NCBI GenBank assembly: GCA_964535955.1
Contig: CAZHVK010000004.1
Coordinates: 6,222 to 70,221, forward strand
Direction of reading: 5' to 3'
Origin: an uncultured Methanosarcinales archaeon
GTDB lineage: Archaea > Nanobdellota > Nanobdellia > Woesearchaeales > CAXGTL01
Length of the DNA: 64,000 nucleotides
The notes beneath the pieces were generated by a model that made no database searches, was not told the DNA's origin, and worked only from the letters and a program-made list of their open reading frames with translations. Position numbers and translations under genes: made by a program. This document shows positions 39,531 through 49,933 of this stretch, piece by piece. Every line of letters begins with the position of its first letter. The first letter of the stretch is position 1.

Positions 39531-42224
39531 TTAAGCTTTGGCATGATTATTTCCATTCCCCTTCAACTTCAGAGCAAACTTACCAATTTCCATCATAACA
39601 AATCCTAAGAAAGACACACCTAATATCTTAAGTATATCAATCCAAGCCAAAGCTGTTGTCCCAAACACTATCTGTGCAGGTCTCCAATAAATAACAATTA
39701 CCTGGACAATCAGTGAAATACACACAGCACCAAACAACCACATGTTTGAAAATGGATTTAATGTCTTAAGTGAAGGTAAAAGTGAACGACTACTCATCAC
39801 AGCAAACATCTGAAACATTACTAGAGTTGAAAAAGCAATTGTTTGTGCTTTAACCAAATCAATATCTTTGTATTGCAAAAATATTAAAAAAGTACCTATG
39901 CCCATTATAATACCAAACAATAATATTGATATCAATACCTTACCAGTAATTGGCTTTTCTTTTGGATCACGTGGCATTCTTTTCATGATACCTTCTTCAG
40001 GTGTTTCCAAGCCAAGACCTAATGCAGGCAAATCATCAGTCAATAAACTCATGAGCAAGATTTGTAATGGTAATAATGGTAATGGTAATTTTAATAATAC
40101 AGCTGTTAACACAGCAGTAACTTCTCCAGCATTACATGATAATAAATACTTAGCAGACTTGATCATCTTATCATATATGTCTCTTCCAACACCAATAGCA
40201 TTTACAATAGACGAAAAATTATCATCAACAAGTGTGGCTTCTGAAACTTCTTTAGAAACATCTGTTCCTGTTATACCCATTGCAATTCCAATGTTTGCTT
40301 TTTTCAAAGCAGGTGCATCATTCACACCATCACCAGTCATTGCAACAATATGTCCTTTTTTTTGCAAAGCATCCACAATACGAGATTTCTGTATTGGTAA
40401 TGCACGAGCAACAATCCTTATGTTTTCAATCCTTTCTTCTAACTCAGCATCTGTTATTTTATCCAGGTCTTCTGCATTAAGAACCAGATCTCCTTTTCTA
40501 AACAACCCAATCCTCTCAGCAATAGCTTTTGCAGTAACAGGATGGTCTCCTGTGATTATCATAACTTTGATTCCAGCTGCCCTGCATTGTTGAATAGATT
40601 TTTTGACTTCTTGTCTAGGAGGGTCAATCATTCCTGCTAATCCAACAAATATAAGTTTGTTCTCAATATTTTCAATTGAATATTTTTTAGTATTACCTAT
40701 ATCTTTGTAAGCAAAACCCAAAACCCTTAATGCTTTGATTGCAAAAGAATGATTCATCTTTAATATCCTTTGTCTATCTTTTTTAGTTAATTTTCTTATT
40801 CTTCCTTTTTCATATATTCTATCACAATCTTTTAAAAGAAGATCAGGTGCACCCTTAACATAAGCCTCAACCTTATTATTTAACTTATTTCTAAAGATAG
40901 TTGTCATTTTTTTTCTATTAGAATCAAAAGGCAGTTCTTCTACCATTGTAAAATGTTTATGTATGTATTCTTCTTTAACTCCTGCTTTTTTTCCAAGAAT
41001 AATTAAAGAACCTTCAGTTGGATCACCAATAATTTCATGCTTGCCTTTATTTATACTATACTTTGCATTATTACATAAGTAACCAATCCTTAATAATAAT
41101 TCCATTTGTTTTGAATTAATTTGTTTATTACCTGCAAAAAAACCTCCAATAGGTTTATAACCAGTTCCTGTTACCTTCATATGTTTATTATCAAAATAGA
41201 TATCAGTTACAGTCATCTCATTCTTTGTTATTGTTCCTGTTTTATCACTGCAGATAATTGTCGCAGACCCAAGACTTTCAGCAGCAGGCAGTTTTCTTAT
41301 CAACATATTATGTTTAGCTAACTTTTTTGTACCCATTGACAAACCAACAGTAACAATCACTGGTAATGAATTCGGAATAGTAGAAACAGTCAATGCTAAT
41401 GCAATTATCAGCATATCTGCAAATGACATTGCTCCTTGTAATAATCCTAACACAAAAACTAGCAAGATTAGCAGGATTGCGATTGCTCCTATCTGTGCAG
41501 CCATTTGTTCAAATTTCATTTGTAATGGAGTTTTAGCTGTTTTAGTTGTTTCTAATGATTTAGCAATCTTGCCAAACTCTGTTTTCATTCCTGTATTTGT
41601 GACAATGCTTAGACCTTTTCCATAAGTAACAATTGTGCTCATAAATGCCATATTTTCTTGATTAGCAATAGAAGTTCCAATTTCATATTTGGTAGTAATC
41701 TTTTTAGAAGGAACAGATTCTCCTGTAAGAGATGCTTCATCAATCTGTAAGCTGTGTGATTCAAATATCCTTGAATCAGCAGGAACAATCTCACCTTCTT
41801 CTAGAACAAGAACATCACCAGGAACAACATTTTTTGCTGGAATCTTCATCTCTTCTCCATTTCTAATCACTTTAGCAGTTGGTGCTGATATTTTTTTCAA
41901 TGCTTCTATTGCTTTCTCAGCCCTGTATTCTTGTACAAAACCAAGTATAGCATTTAATAATACTATTCCATACATTGCTATAGCTTCAATAGTTTCTCCT
42001 AATAATAATGATATCGATCCTGCAAAAATCAATAATGCTATCAATGAATTCTTGAATTGATTTAAAAAAAGTCCTAAAGCACTTATCTTTTTACCTTTTT
42101 TAAGTTCATTATGACCATATCTTTGTATTCTTCTTTTAGATTCTTTACTAGACAAACCAAACTTAGATGTGTTTAATAAATCAAACACCTTTTTTACACT
42201 TGTTGCATAATAATTATATTTCAT
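39531..42224 (-). CDS. Cation-transporting P-type ATPase (type IIA, Ca2+-like)
   Basis: LTGES, DKTGT, KGAP, MIDPPR, TGDGVNDAPALK. Confidence 0.95.
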   Translation of the reverse strand: MKYNYYATSVKKVFDLLNTSKFGLSSKESKRRIQRYGHNELKKGKKISALGLFLNQFKNSLIALLIFAGSISLLLGETIEAIAMYGIVLLNAILGFVQEYRAEKAIEALKKISAPTAKVIRNGEEMKIPAKNVVPGDVLVLEEGEIVPADSRIFESHSLQIDEASLTGESVPSKKITTKYEIGTSIANQENMAFMSTIVTYGKGLSIVTNTGMKTEFGKIAKSLETTKTAKTPLQMKFEQMAAQIGAIAILLILLVFVLGLLQGAMSFADMLIIALALTVSTIPNSLPVIVTVGLSMGTKKLAKHNMLIRKLPAAESLGSATIICSDKTGTITKNEMTVTDIYFDNKHMKVTGTGYKPIGGFFAGNKQINSKQMELLLRIGYLCNNAKYSINKGKHEIIGDPTEGSLIILGKKAGVKEEYIHKHFTMVEELPFDSNRKKMTTIFRNKLNNKVEAYVKGAPDLLLKDCDRIYEKGRIRKLTKKDRQRILKMNHSFAIKALRVLGFAYKDIGNTKKYSIENIENKLIFVGLAGMIDPPRQEVKKSIQQCRAAGIKVMIITGDHPVTAKAIAERIGLFRKGDLVLNAEDLDKITDAELEERIENIRIVARALPIQKSRIVDALQKKGHIVAMTGDGVNDAPALKKANIGIAMGITGTDVSKEVSEATLVDDNFSSIVNAIGVGRDIYDKMIKSAKYLLSCNAGEVTAVLTAVLLKLPLPLLPLQILLMSLLTDDLPALGLGLETPEEGIMKRMPRDPKEKPITGKVLISILLFGIIMGIGTFLIFLQYKDIDLVKAQTIAFSTLVMFQMFAVMSSRSLLPSLKTLNPFSNMWLFGAVCISLIVQVIVIYWRPAQIVFGTTALAWIDILKILGVSFLGFVMMEIGKFALKLKGNGNNHAKA

Positions 42225-42228
42225 TGAT

Positions 42229-43356
42229 TTATCCTCTTAAAACAGCAAGCACTATTTGTATAATAAAAAATACAATGGTTACACCAACCAGCACTTTTCC
42301 TTCAGTTTTTGTTAATATTAATTCCTTAATAAATTTTGATACTAAAAATATTGATATTAAAAACACAACACACCCTATTATAAAACTCATATAACTTATT
42401 CCACTCATATTTATTGGATTTATTAAAGCAGCAATTCCCAATACTAATGAAAAATTAACAATCAAGCTGCCAAATACATTTCCAATGCTTATGTTTTGCA
42501 TTCCTTTTAAAACAGATTTAATTCCTACTGTTAATTCTGGAATAGTTGTTGCTATTCCTAAAAATAATACACCTACAATAACATTAGGAACTTTTAACAA
42601 GTCACTTACTACATTAAGAGATTGTACCAAGATTTTCGTACTTAATAATATTGCAGCTATTGTTCCACCAAAAATAAATATATCTTTCCAAATATATTTT
42701 ATTTCTACATTTTTCTTTAATCTGCCTAAACTTCCTTGTTGTTTTATAAGTATGATCAGATAAAGAATAAAACCTAGAATTAGGATAATTCCATCAATAG
42801 ATGAAAAAACACCATCAATGCCTAGGATCAATGGTAATAATAAGATAGCAATCTCTTCAAAAAATGTTTTTCCAATTATACCTCTTTTTATTTTAATTCC
42901 TCCACTTAACCAAGCAATGATTCCAAGAACAAGAGTAATATTTATTATATTAGCACTTATTACATCACCTAATACATAACCACCTTTGCCTATAGATGAC
43001 GCAAAATAAGCAGTACTTAGTTCTGGAAGACTGGTTGCAATTGCAACCACTATAAAACCTATTACAAAATCATTTATTCCTGTTTGCTTTGAATAATGAG
43101 ATATTGCTTCTATTGCAAATCCAGCAGATTTCATTATAATGTAAATACTAATCAAGAACACAAAAAAGAACACAACCAATGGATGAATTTTAAACATTTC
43201 TTTTTTATCAAGATAACTAAACAAAAGAAGCAATGCTATAAAAAATCCAACAATATACCACGACAGTTCGTGTTTGGAATAGTGTTTGATTGGTGTTCTT
43301 TTGTTTTTAGTTTGTTTTTTATTCTTATTTTTGCTTAGCCTCTTTTTTTTCTTCAC
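42229..43356 (-). CDS. Na+/Ca2+ exchanger family (CaCA) protein
   Basis: Alpha repeats ATSLPEL and ATTIPEL, GNVFGS. Confidence 0.92.
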   Translation of the reverse strand: MKKKKRLSKNKNKKQTKNKRTPIKHYSKHELSWYIVGFFIALLLLFSYLDKKEMFKIHPLVVFFFVFLISIYIIMKSAGFAIEAISHYSKQTGINDFVIGFIVVAIATSLPELSTAYFASSIGKGGYVLGDVISANIINITLVLGIIAWLSGGIKIKRGIIGKTFFEEIAILLLPLILGIDGVFSSIDGIILILGFILYLIILIKQQGSLGRLKKNVEIKYIWKDIFIFGGTIAAILLSTKILVQSLNVVSDLLKVPNVIVGVLFLGIATTIPELTVGIKSVLKGMQNISIGNVFGSLIVNFSLVLGIAALINPINMSGISYMSFIIGCVVFLISIFLVSKFIKELILTKTEGKVLVGVTIVFFIIQIVLAVLRG

Positions 43357-43380
43357 TTTACACCTCTTTTTTAAAAAAAC

Positions 43381-44673
43381 TCAATACTTCACACTTTGCC
43401 CAATCTTAGGTGCATGAACTCTCTTAATTCCAATTGACCTGGCCCATTCAGCTAGATTCTCTTCAGACTCTGGGTCACCATGATTAAGTATCAACACATC
43501 AGGTTTAACATTTTTAATGTTTCTTTTTAAACCATTCAGACCAGCATGAGCAGAAAAATCATATTTCTTGATTAAACATTTAGGATAAACTTTGTTTCCA
43601 TCTAGATAAATAAAACCTTTTTCCACTAATGTTCTTCCACCAGTACCTTCTGCTTGATAACCTGTTAATAATATAGCATTGTTCTCATCATGCCAAAGAT
43701 ATTTTATATAATCAATTACAGGTCCACCTGAGACCATGCCAGATGTTGTAACAAATATTCCTTGAGACTTGATTGCATCACGTCTTTTATTAAACCCTTT
43801 CATAAACACAATCTTTTTATCAAATCTTCTTAATTTATCAATATTATGTGCAAATCTTCCTTCACGCAGTAATTTAGAATATACCTTTTTAGCCATTCCA
43901 TCTAAATAAATAGGAACATTTGTTTTTAGTTCTGATAATATTAATAATATTTCTTGAGCACGACCAACTGCAAATGCAGGTATTATCACAGAACCCTTAT
44001 TATTGATAACAGATTTGATTGTATTCAAGAAATCATTTTTCTGTTTTTCTCTATCAGGATGATTTCTATCACCATATGTTGATTCACTAATCATTATATC
44101 AATCTTTTCACCATAATTAATGTCAGCTTTTGGCATCAGCATTGTTTCATCAGTATTATAATCTCCTGTATAAAGAATAGTTTTTCCATCAACACGCAAC
44201 AAAATACTTGCACTTCCTGGTATGTGTCCTGCATCAAAAAACTTGAATTCACAATCTTTAAAAACATACTTTTTATTGTAATTAGTATTAATCATCTGAA
44301 ACAAAACATTGGTAACATTTTCTTTATCATATGCAGGATGCTTATCATTCAATATTTCTATTTTTAATGAATCTTTTAACAATAGTTTGCACAAAAACTT
44401 AGTCATACTAGTACAATAAATATCAGCATTCATACCTTTGTAATTGAACAAAGGTAGCGCACCACTATGATCAAGATGAGCATGACTCAAAAGCACTAGA
44501 TTAATATCTTCAACATTATTAATAACCTGTGGATATTCAGAATCTCTTTCAATTCCTTCTCCTTCTAATCCTAGTTTGATTCCAGCATCAAACAAAATTC
44601 TATTATTTTTAGTTTGAACTTCAACACAACTTCTGCCAATCTCTTTTGCAGCTCCATGTAATATTATTTTCAT
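43381..44673 (-). CDS. MBL-fold beta-CASP ribonuclease
   Basis: EIGRSC, SHAHLDHSG, AGHIPGS, ESTYG, FAVGRAQE, FSAHA; GGAGG RBS. Confidence 0.93.
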   Translation of the reverse strand: MKIILHGAAKEIGRSCVEVQTKNNRILFDAGIKLGLEGEGIERDSEYPQVINNVEDINLVLLSHAHLDHSGALPLFNYKGMNADIYCTSMTKFLCKLLLKDSLKIEILNDKHPAYDKENVTNVLFQMINTNYNKKYVFKDCEFKFFDAGHIPGSASILLRVDGKTILYTGDYNTDETMLMPKADINYGEKIDIMISESTYGDRNHPDREKQKNDFLNTIKSVINNKGSVIIPAFAVGRAQEILLILSELKTNVPIYLDGMAKKVYSKLLREGRFAHNIDKLRRFDKKIVFMKGFNKRRDAIKSQGIFVTTSGMVSGGPVIDYIKYLWHDENNAILLTGYQAEGTGGRTLVEKGFIYLDGNKVYPKCLIKKYDFSAHAGLNGLKRNIKNVKPDVLILNHGDPESEENLAEWARSIGIKRVHAPKIGQSVKY

Positions 44674-44845
44674 GTTTATTTCCTCCTCATATAAAAATAT
44701 AAAAAAAATAAACCAGTGAGATGTTAAGAGCAATTTGCAGCTCCTACCACCCCTCACTGGAAAAGTTTTCCGCCAAACTTTTTGTCCCAGGACTATGACC
44801 TCTTTTTTATGAACCTCTTTTTTGAGTTTATGCCTCTTTTTTCCT

Positions 44846-45052
44846 CTACTTCCTCTTCTTTTTTGTAACCTCTTTTTTCTCTATGATAAGTGGCTCAAAC
44901 TCAATATACCACTTATTAGAATCAGGATCAAACTTGAATACAACATTTTGTTTCTTTGTTTTATCAATAGCAAATAACAAAGGCATTGGGATTGTTGTCT
45001 CATAAGAACTTCCACGCTTGTACAGTTTCCTTTTCAACTCAGTAGTTGCCAT
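44846..45052 (-). CDS. Small AbrB/SpoVT-like DNA-binding protein
   Basis: RKLYKRGSSYETTIP swapped-hairpin pattern. Confidence 0.65.
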   Translation of the reverse strand: MATTELKRKLYKRGSSYETTIPMPLLFAIDKTKKQNVVFKFDPDSNKWYIEFEPLIIEKKEVTKKKRK

Positions 45053-45361
45053 CTTGTCATCAAAAAATAAAAAAAAAGAGCAACTTTGTCTGCTGCCAGA
45101 AATCTAATTGAATTAAGTGTTTTTTAGGGGGTTGAAATCATTTGCACCAGTCAATATTGCTCCTCTTTAAATATAATATACTTATTAATAGTATTATTTA
45201 ATTACTAACTAATATATAAATCTTTCTATTTATTATTATACTTTGTAAAACACTTACAAAAATACTTATGTACTCTCGTAACTATCCCGTAGTAATCATG
45301 CCAATATTTATAAAGAACAAACAACTCCAATTCATATTATTATACTTGGAGGTTTGATAAT

Positions 45362-45586
45362 ATGGAATGTAATCCCAAAAAATTAACAATAGAAAAGGTC
45401 TTAGAAAGAATCAAAGAAGTACCTGAACTTTTAGGTGAATATTGTAGATTATTACAATCTGGTGATGTACGTGTTGCTGCAGTTGTTCCTGTAAAGAATT
45501 CATATGTTGCTTATTTAGAAGCAGTAAAAGATGGCAGGTATTTAACATCTAAGTCAATTTCAAGATCTATTGTAGAAGGAATATAA
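45362..45586 (+). CDS. Small hypothetical protein
   Basis: GGAGGT RBS and TTTATAAA box. Confidence 0.6.
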   Translation: MECNPKKLTIEKVLERIKEVPELLGEYCRLLQSGDVRVAAVVPVKNSYVAYLEAVKDGRYLTSKSISRSIVEGI

Positions 45587-45595
45587 TTTTATTTC

Positions 45596-48076
45596 TTATT
45601 TTCCTCTACTATTCAGATCATCAATAAGGTCTACTTCATCTGGAAATTGATCTATATGTGTGTGTTTAGTAGAATCACCACCTAATAATGCGTCAAGTGG
45701 ATCTTGATCATCAATACCAAACAATTGATTCAATTTAGCTTCTTCATCTTGTGTATCTTGTTTTTTGTCTTGTTGTTCTTTTTTATCCAAACCAAAATAA
45801 TGATCTATCTTTTCTTGTGATGGTATATAATCAATTTCTTCTCCAGGCTCTCCTCCAGAAGCTTGAGCCAATTCTTCATTTATTTGATCAATTTCATCCG
45901 GTGTGTATTCTTCTTGTTTTGTTTCTGGCAAATACATTTCAGCTTCTTGTTCTAAGAGTTTTGTCATGCTTTGTTCTTTTTTATCTTCTATTTTCTTATC
46001 TCTTTGTCTTTGTTCAATTAGTTCTTGTGATAATGATTTATCTTTTATTATTGTTGCTGATTGTCTTTTCTTTATTATTAGACCACCCCTTCTCTTGTTT
46101 TCTCTTTCCTCTTCTTCATGCACTGCTTTACTTGACTCAGCAAACTGTTGAAGCAAACTTTGAAAATCATCATCACCATCATCCTCTTCTTCTCTTGCTA
46201 AAAGATTCCCAAAAGGAGAAGAACCTGGACTAAGACAAATAGAATGCAGATCATCTCCATAATCTTCATCATCACAAAAAACACTACTCAAAAAAATACC
46301 ACAAGGATCCATTTTTCCTGGTTCTGTTAATTGATCATCATCTAAACCAGACCCTCCAGACAACATATTTAAAAATTCATCTTCTTCATCAAGAGTAGGA
46401 AATTGTATTCCCTGCGGTTCATCATCACCACCATCATTCCCTTTAACCAATTTTTTATACTGATGCAGATCTTTTCTTAATGCATCCATTTTGTTCATTA
46501 TCTTCCTACTTAAGTGATTTTTTGCATTAATTTTCTTTAATTCACTTAATTCTTTACTCATCTTGTCTACATAATCAAACAAATTACTTTCTTTTGAAGT
46601 TACTCTAAAGCCAAAATTTTCATCAATAACAACTAATTCTCCTCTGTACAAAAGATTGTTTCCACACTTCACTAGAATACTTTGTCCAGCAAGTTGTTCT
46701 AATTTGAATTCAGAACCAATCTCTAGTTGTGAAGCTTGTTTTGAAGTCATATAAGTATGTCCAATTATTGCTCTTAATTCTGTACAAACTGAATTAATCC
46801 TGTCAACTGGTCTTAATTTATGGTCTCTGTCTCTAAAATTGACTATTTTTACTTTAAAATATTCATCTTCAACACCAAGCCTGCATTTACCAAGATACAG
46901 ACCACCTGCATAAATATCAAACTCTTCACCACACAATGTATCTAGTTCAATTACTGCTCCTGTACTAATCTCTTGAAGATCTTGCACAGGTCTTTCACTT
47001 CTTCCTGCTTCTATTTCTATTTTTAATGCTTGGCTACCAAATATTTCTTTATTTATCTTTGTCTTGGTCTCTCTACCATAAAACTTCTTTAAAAAAGGAT
47101 GTATTGGAAAACTCACATTTACAATTCCTTCTCTACAATCTGCTTTTTTAAAATATTCATTTGTTTTTTGTTTAAAGTATTCAATTTTGTCACTAAAAGT
47201 TAATTGTTTTCCTTCTTCATCGCTTTGCCTAATTCTATGTATACCATCACCTAATTTTTCTAAGAATATTCTTTCAATATGGGCAATAGTATCATAATCT
47301 TCCTTGATTTTATCCCAATTTTCTCTAAACACTTTTACAAACTGACAATTCAGCTCATATTCATCATCATCAAAACCAATTCCAACAAGAACCTTATCAA
47401 TATCATCATAATCATCAATCCCTTCTGCAGTTAATTTATCAAAATAATCAATACCAGAAGAATAATTAGTATGACACTGAAACTCATATGTCAATAATAA
47501 GACCATATCATTAGGATTATGTATCACCATCTTAGGATCTGTAAATAATTCAGACATTGTTACTTTTTCTTCTAATTTTATATTCTTAACCAATGTTTCT
47601 AAAAATGTTTTACATGTTTCTGATAATTTAGAATGCATATTTTCTAATCTTTTTGCACTTGTTTTTTCATCAAATGCATATAATGGTGAAAATGTATTTA
47701 CTAATCCTGCATTGAATTCTAAATAACCAGCATATTCTCCAATCTTAAATTCTTGTAGATAAGTAGGATTATTGATACTTCTTATAAATTCTTCATGTGT
47801 GATCTGATCAACACTTACTATGTCTAATCTAGAGACATAGACATTACTATGCTTATTTCTAAATTCTTTTAACATCTCTTTTTCAAAATATTCTCTACTC
47901 TTATTTGATAAATAATCAGATTGTCTTTTTGTAAAAAAATCAGGTCTTTTATAATCATAGATCTTTATTTTTCTATGTTTTACATCTTCTTTCATTTCTT
48001 CATCAGTCTTAAGATCACCTGTCTCAATTGCACTTAACAAAGCATCTATCTCATCTTGACATAGAATTTCAACCAT
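45596..48076 (-). CDS. FliM-like protein with two SpoA (FliM/FliN C-terminal) domains and an acidic tail
   Basis: ILCQDEIDALL, KIKIYDYKRPD, SVDQITHEEFIRSI, PNDMVLL, RGELVVIDENFGFRVT. Confidence 0.85.
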   Translation of the reverse strand: MVEILCQDEIDALLSAIETGDLKTDEEMKEDVKHRKIKIYDYKRPDFFTKRQSDYLSNKSREYFEKEMLKEFRNKHSNVYVSRLDIVSVDQITHEEFIRSINNPTYLQEFKIGEYAGYLEFNAGLVNTFSPLYAFDEKTSAKRLENMHSKLSETCKTFLETLVKNIKLEEKVTMSELFTDPKMVIHNPNDMVLLLTYEFQCHTNYSSGIDYFDKLTAEGIDDYDDIDKVLVGIGFDDDEYELNCQFVKVFRENWDKIKEDYDTIAHIERIFLEKLGDGIHRIRQSDEEGKQLTFSDKIEYFKQKTNEYFKKADCREGIVNVSFPIHPFLKKFYGRETKTKINKEIFGSQALKIEIEAGRSERPVQDLQEISTGAVIELDTLCGEEFDIYAGGLYLGKCRLGVEDEYFKVKIVNFRDRDHKLRPVDRINSVCTELRAIIGHTYMTSKQASQLEIGSEFKLEQLAGQSILVKCGNNLLYRGELVVIDENFGFRVTSKESNLFDYVDKMSKELSELKKINAKNHLSRKIMNKMDALRKDLHQYKKLVKGNDGGDDEPQGIQFPTLDEEDEFLNMLSGGSGLDDDQLTEPGKMDPCGIFLSSVFCDDEDYGDDLHSICLSPGSSPFGNLLAREEEDDGDDDFQSLLQQFAESSKAVHEEEERENKRRGGLIIKKRQSATIIKDKSLSQELIEQRQRDKKIEDKKEQSMTKLLEQEAEMYLPETKQEEYTPDEIDQINEELAQASGGEPGEEIDYIPSQEKIDHYFGLDKKEQQDKKQDTQDEEAKLNQLFGIDDQDPLDALLGGDSTKHTHIDQFPDEVDLIDDLNSRGK

Positions 48077-48256
48077 TATTATCCCCTCACCTAAATATTT
48101 AGTATTTGTTTATTATGTTAATATTTTAATATATTAAATTCTTATTGTAATATATAATATTACTATGTTGACATATATAATTATTATATCTCTATATAGA
48201 TGTATATTCTAACCACTTTTAAAAGAATTATTATACTCTAGAATATATATAAAACA

Positions 48257-49663
48257 TCAAACAACCTTTCTCTTCTCAATATAGAAAATAGATAGATAAA
48301 CAGGCACAACTACTAAAACCAAAACAATTGCCATTACAGCAAACAACACCTGCAATGACATCAAACCCATAAAACTACCAAACTCAGCAACCAATGCACC
48401 TAATGGAACAAACACAACATAAGCCAAAACCATTAACAAAGTATAGCCTTGGAAATACCAATGACGCAATTCTGGTTCAATATTATTACTAAGTAATAAA
48501 CCAGTTGTTAAACCTATCATTGATCCACCTATAACAGAACAAACAATTGCCATTGAGATGTTGATTATTCCTGGTTTTAACCACATTGTCAAAGGAAGAA
48601 TAGCAATCAACATTGTACCAAACACAAGCGCAGGTATATTACCATATTGTTTAGATAATGCTTTTGCCATGTAGGTGGAAAAAAGAGAAGTGATTATAGG
48701 AACAGAAAACATTATAGCAACATTTAAAAAACCATTAAATGCTATATTTGTAAAGTATTGATAAATAAAAACACCATAATAGGTTATACCAATTGTTTGA
48801 ATAACACCAGTTATGGCTGTACCAATAGCAAGCATCATAACAACTTTATTCTTAAAAATTTGTCCTGACATTTTTCTTATAGATCTGAGTCTTTGTTTTA
48901 TCAATATAAATATTGATGTTGTTTCAATTTGCATCTTTGTTTCCATCAAATTTAATAAAATAAATACAGATATTAACAAACACAATCCAGCTGCACCAAA
49001 CACAATCAACACAATAATATTATTAGCATAATTAAATGCATTATACTTATTTAAGAAAAATCCGCTTAAGACCAGTCCAATCACAACAAAGAACAAACTA
49101 TATCCTCCAATCTTTGTCAATAATAAACTATCTGTTTTTTCTTCTGATTTTTTTCCAAAAGCAATGCTATAAATTTCGCCAATCAAAACATTGCCTAATG
49201 CTAATAATAATACACAAATGATTATAAGCCAGCTTAACTCATAAAATAAACCAACACCTATCAAACCAAGACAAAGTGCCATCATAATTCCTGTTATAAG
49301 AATCATTGTTTTACTAATCTTTTTTTTTTTAAACAAATCTTGTAAAAACATTGAAAACAACAAACTTAATATAACAGACAGTCCAACAGTAACACCTAAT
49401 ATAAAATACGAACTAGTCAATAAAAACAAAAATATATAGATAAATTGATCATTCCCAAACCCAGATGATAGTTTAAAAAACAATTCCCTTGTAAAAAACT
49501 TTTCAACAATATAAGACTTAGTGCTTATTCCAGTTTGTTTTTTAATAATCTTATCTACATCAGACTCAAGAAATCCTTTAGACAAAACCTCATATTTAAT
49601 TACTTCTGGTTTTGCTTTTTCAGATAACCTCTTTTTTATATACTCTTTAATATCTTCTGGCAT
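48257..49663 (-). CDS. MFS-like transporter
   Basis: About 12 TM segments in two halves. Confidence 0.75.
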   Translation of the reverse strand: MPEDIKEYIKKRLSEKAKPEVIKYEVLSKGFLESDVDKIIKKQTGISTKSYIVEKFFTRELFFKLSSGFGNDQFIYIFLFLLTSSYFILGVTVGLSVILSLLFSMFLQDLFKKKKISKTMILITGIMMALCLGLIGVGLFYELSWLIIICVLLLALGNVLIGEIYSIAFGKKSEEKTDSLLLTKIGGYSLFFVVIGLVLSGFFLNKYNAFNYANNIIVLIVFGAAGLCLLISVFILLNLMETKMQIETTSIFILIKQRLRSIRKMSGQIFKNKVVMMLAIGTAITGVIQTIGITYYGVFIYQYFTNIAFNGFLNVAIMFSVPIITSLFSTYMAKALSKQYGNIPALVFGTMLIAILPLTMWLKPGIINISMAIVCSVIGGSMIGLTTGLLLSNNIEPELRHWYFQGYTLLMVLAYVVFVPLGALVAEFGSFMGLMSLQVLFAVMAIVLVLVVVPVYLSIFYIEKRKVV

Positions 49664-49710
49664 ATGTTTATTTAATATTATTAGTATATATAAATGTTAC
49701 TATGGTGTGT

Positions 49711-49826
49711 AGTATGTGTATGGTGTCTGTAAGACTAGTGAGTACCCACATAAATCGTAAGACTACTTGGGCTTTCAATACAATCAGAATAATACATTGA
49801 AAGTACGAACGAACCATACACATACT
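49711..49826 (+). ncRNA. Putative structured RNA motif, copy D (no insert)
   Basis: Perfect 14-bp closing stem AGTATGTGTATGGT/ACCATACACATACT; GTC-TGTAA-GAC; AGTGAGTAC...GTACGAACGA. Confidence 0.7.
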
Positions 49827-49933
49827 GTGTATACATATAATAAATACATGTAGAAACATTTAAATAAAACCTAAAGCCTAAACAAACAATAACAATATAA
49901 AATCATTATAAAACCAACAAAAGGTGATAAACT

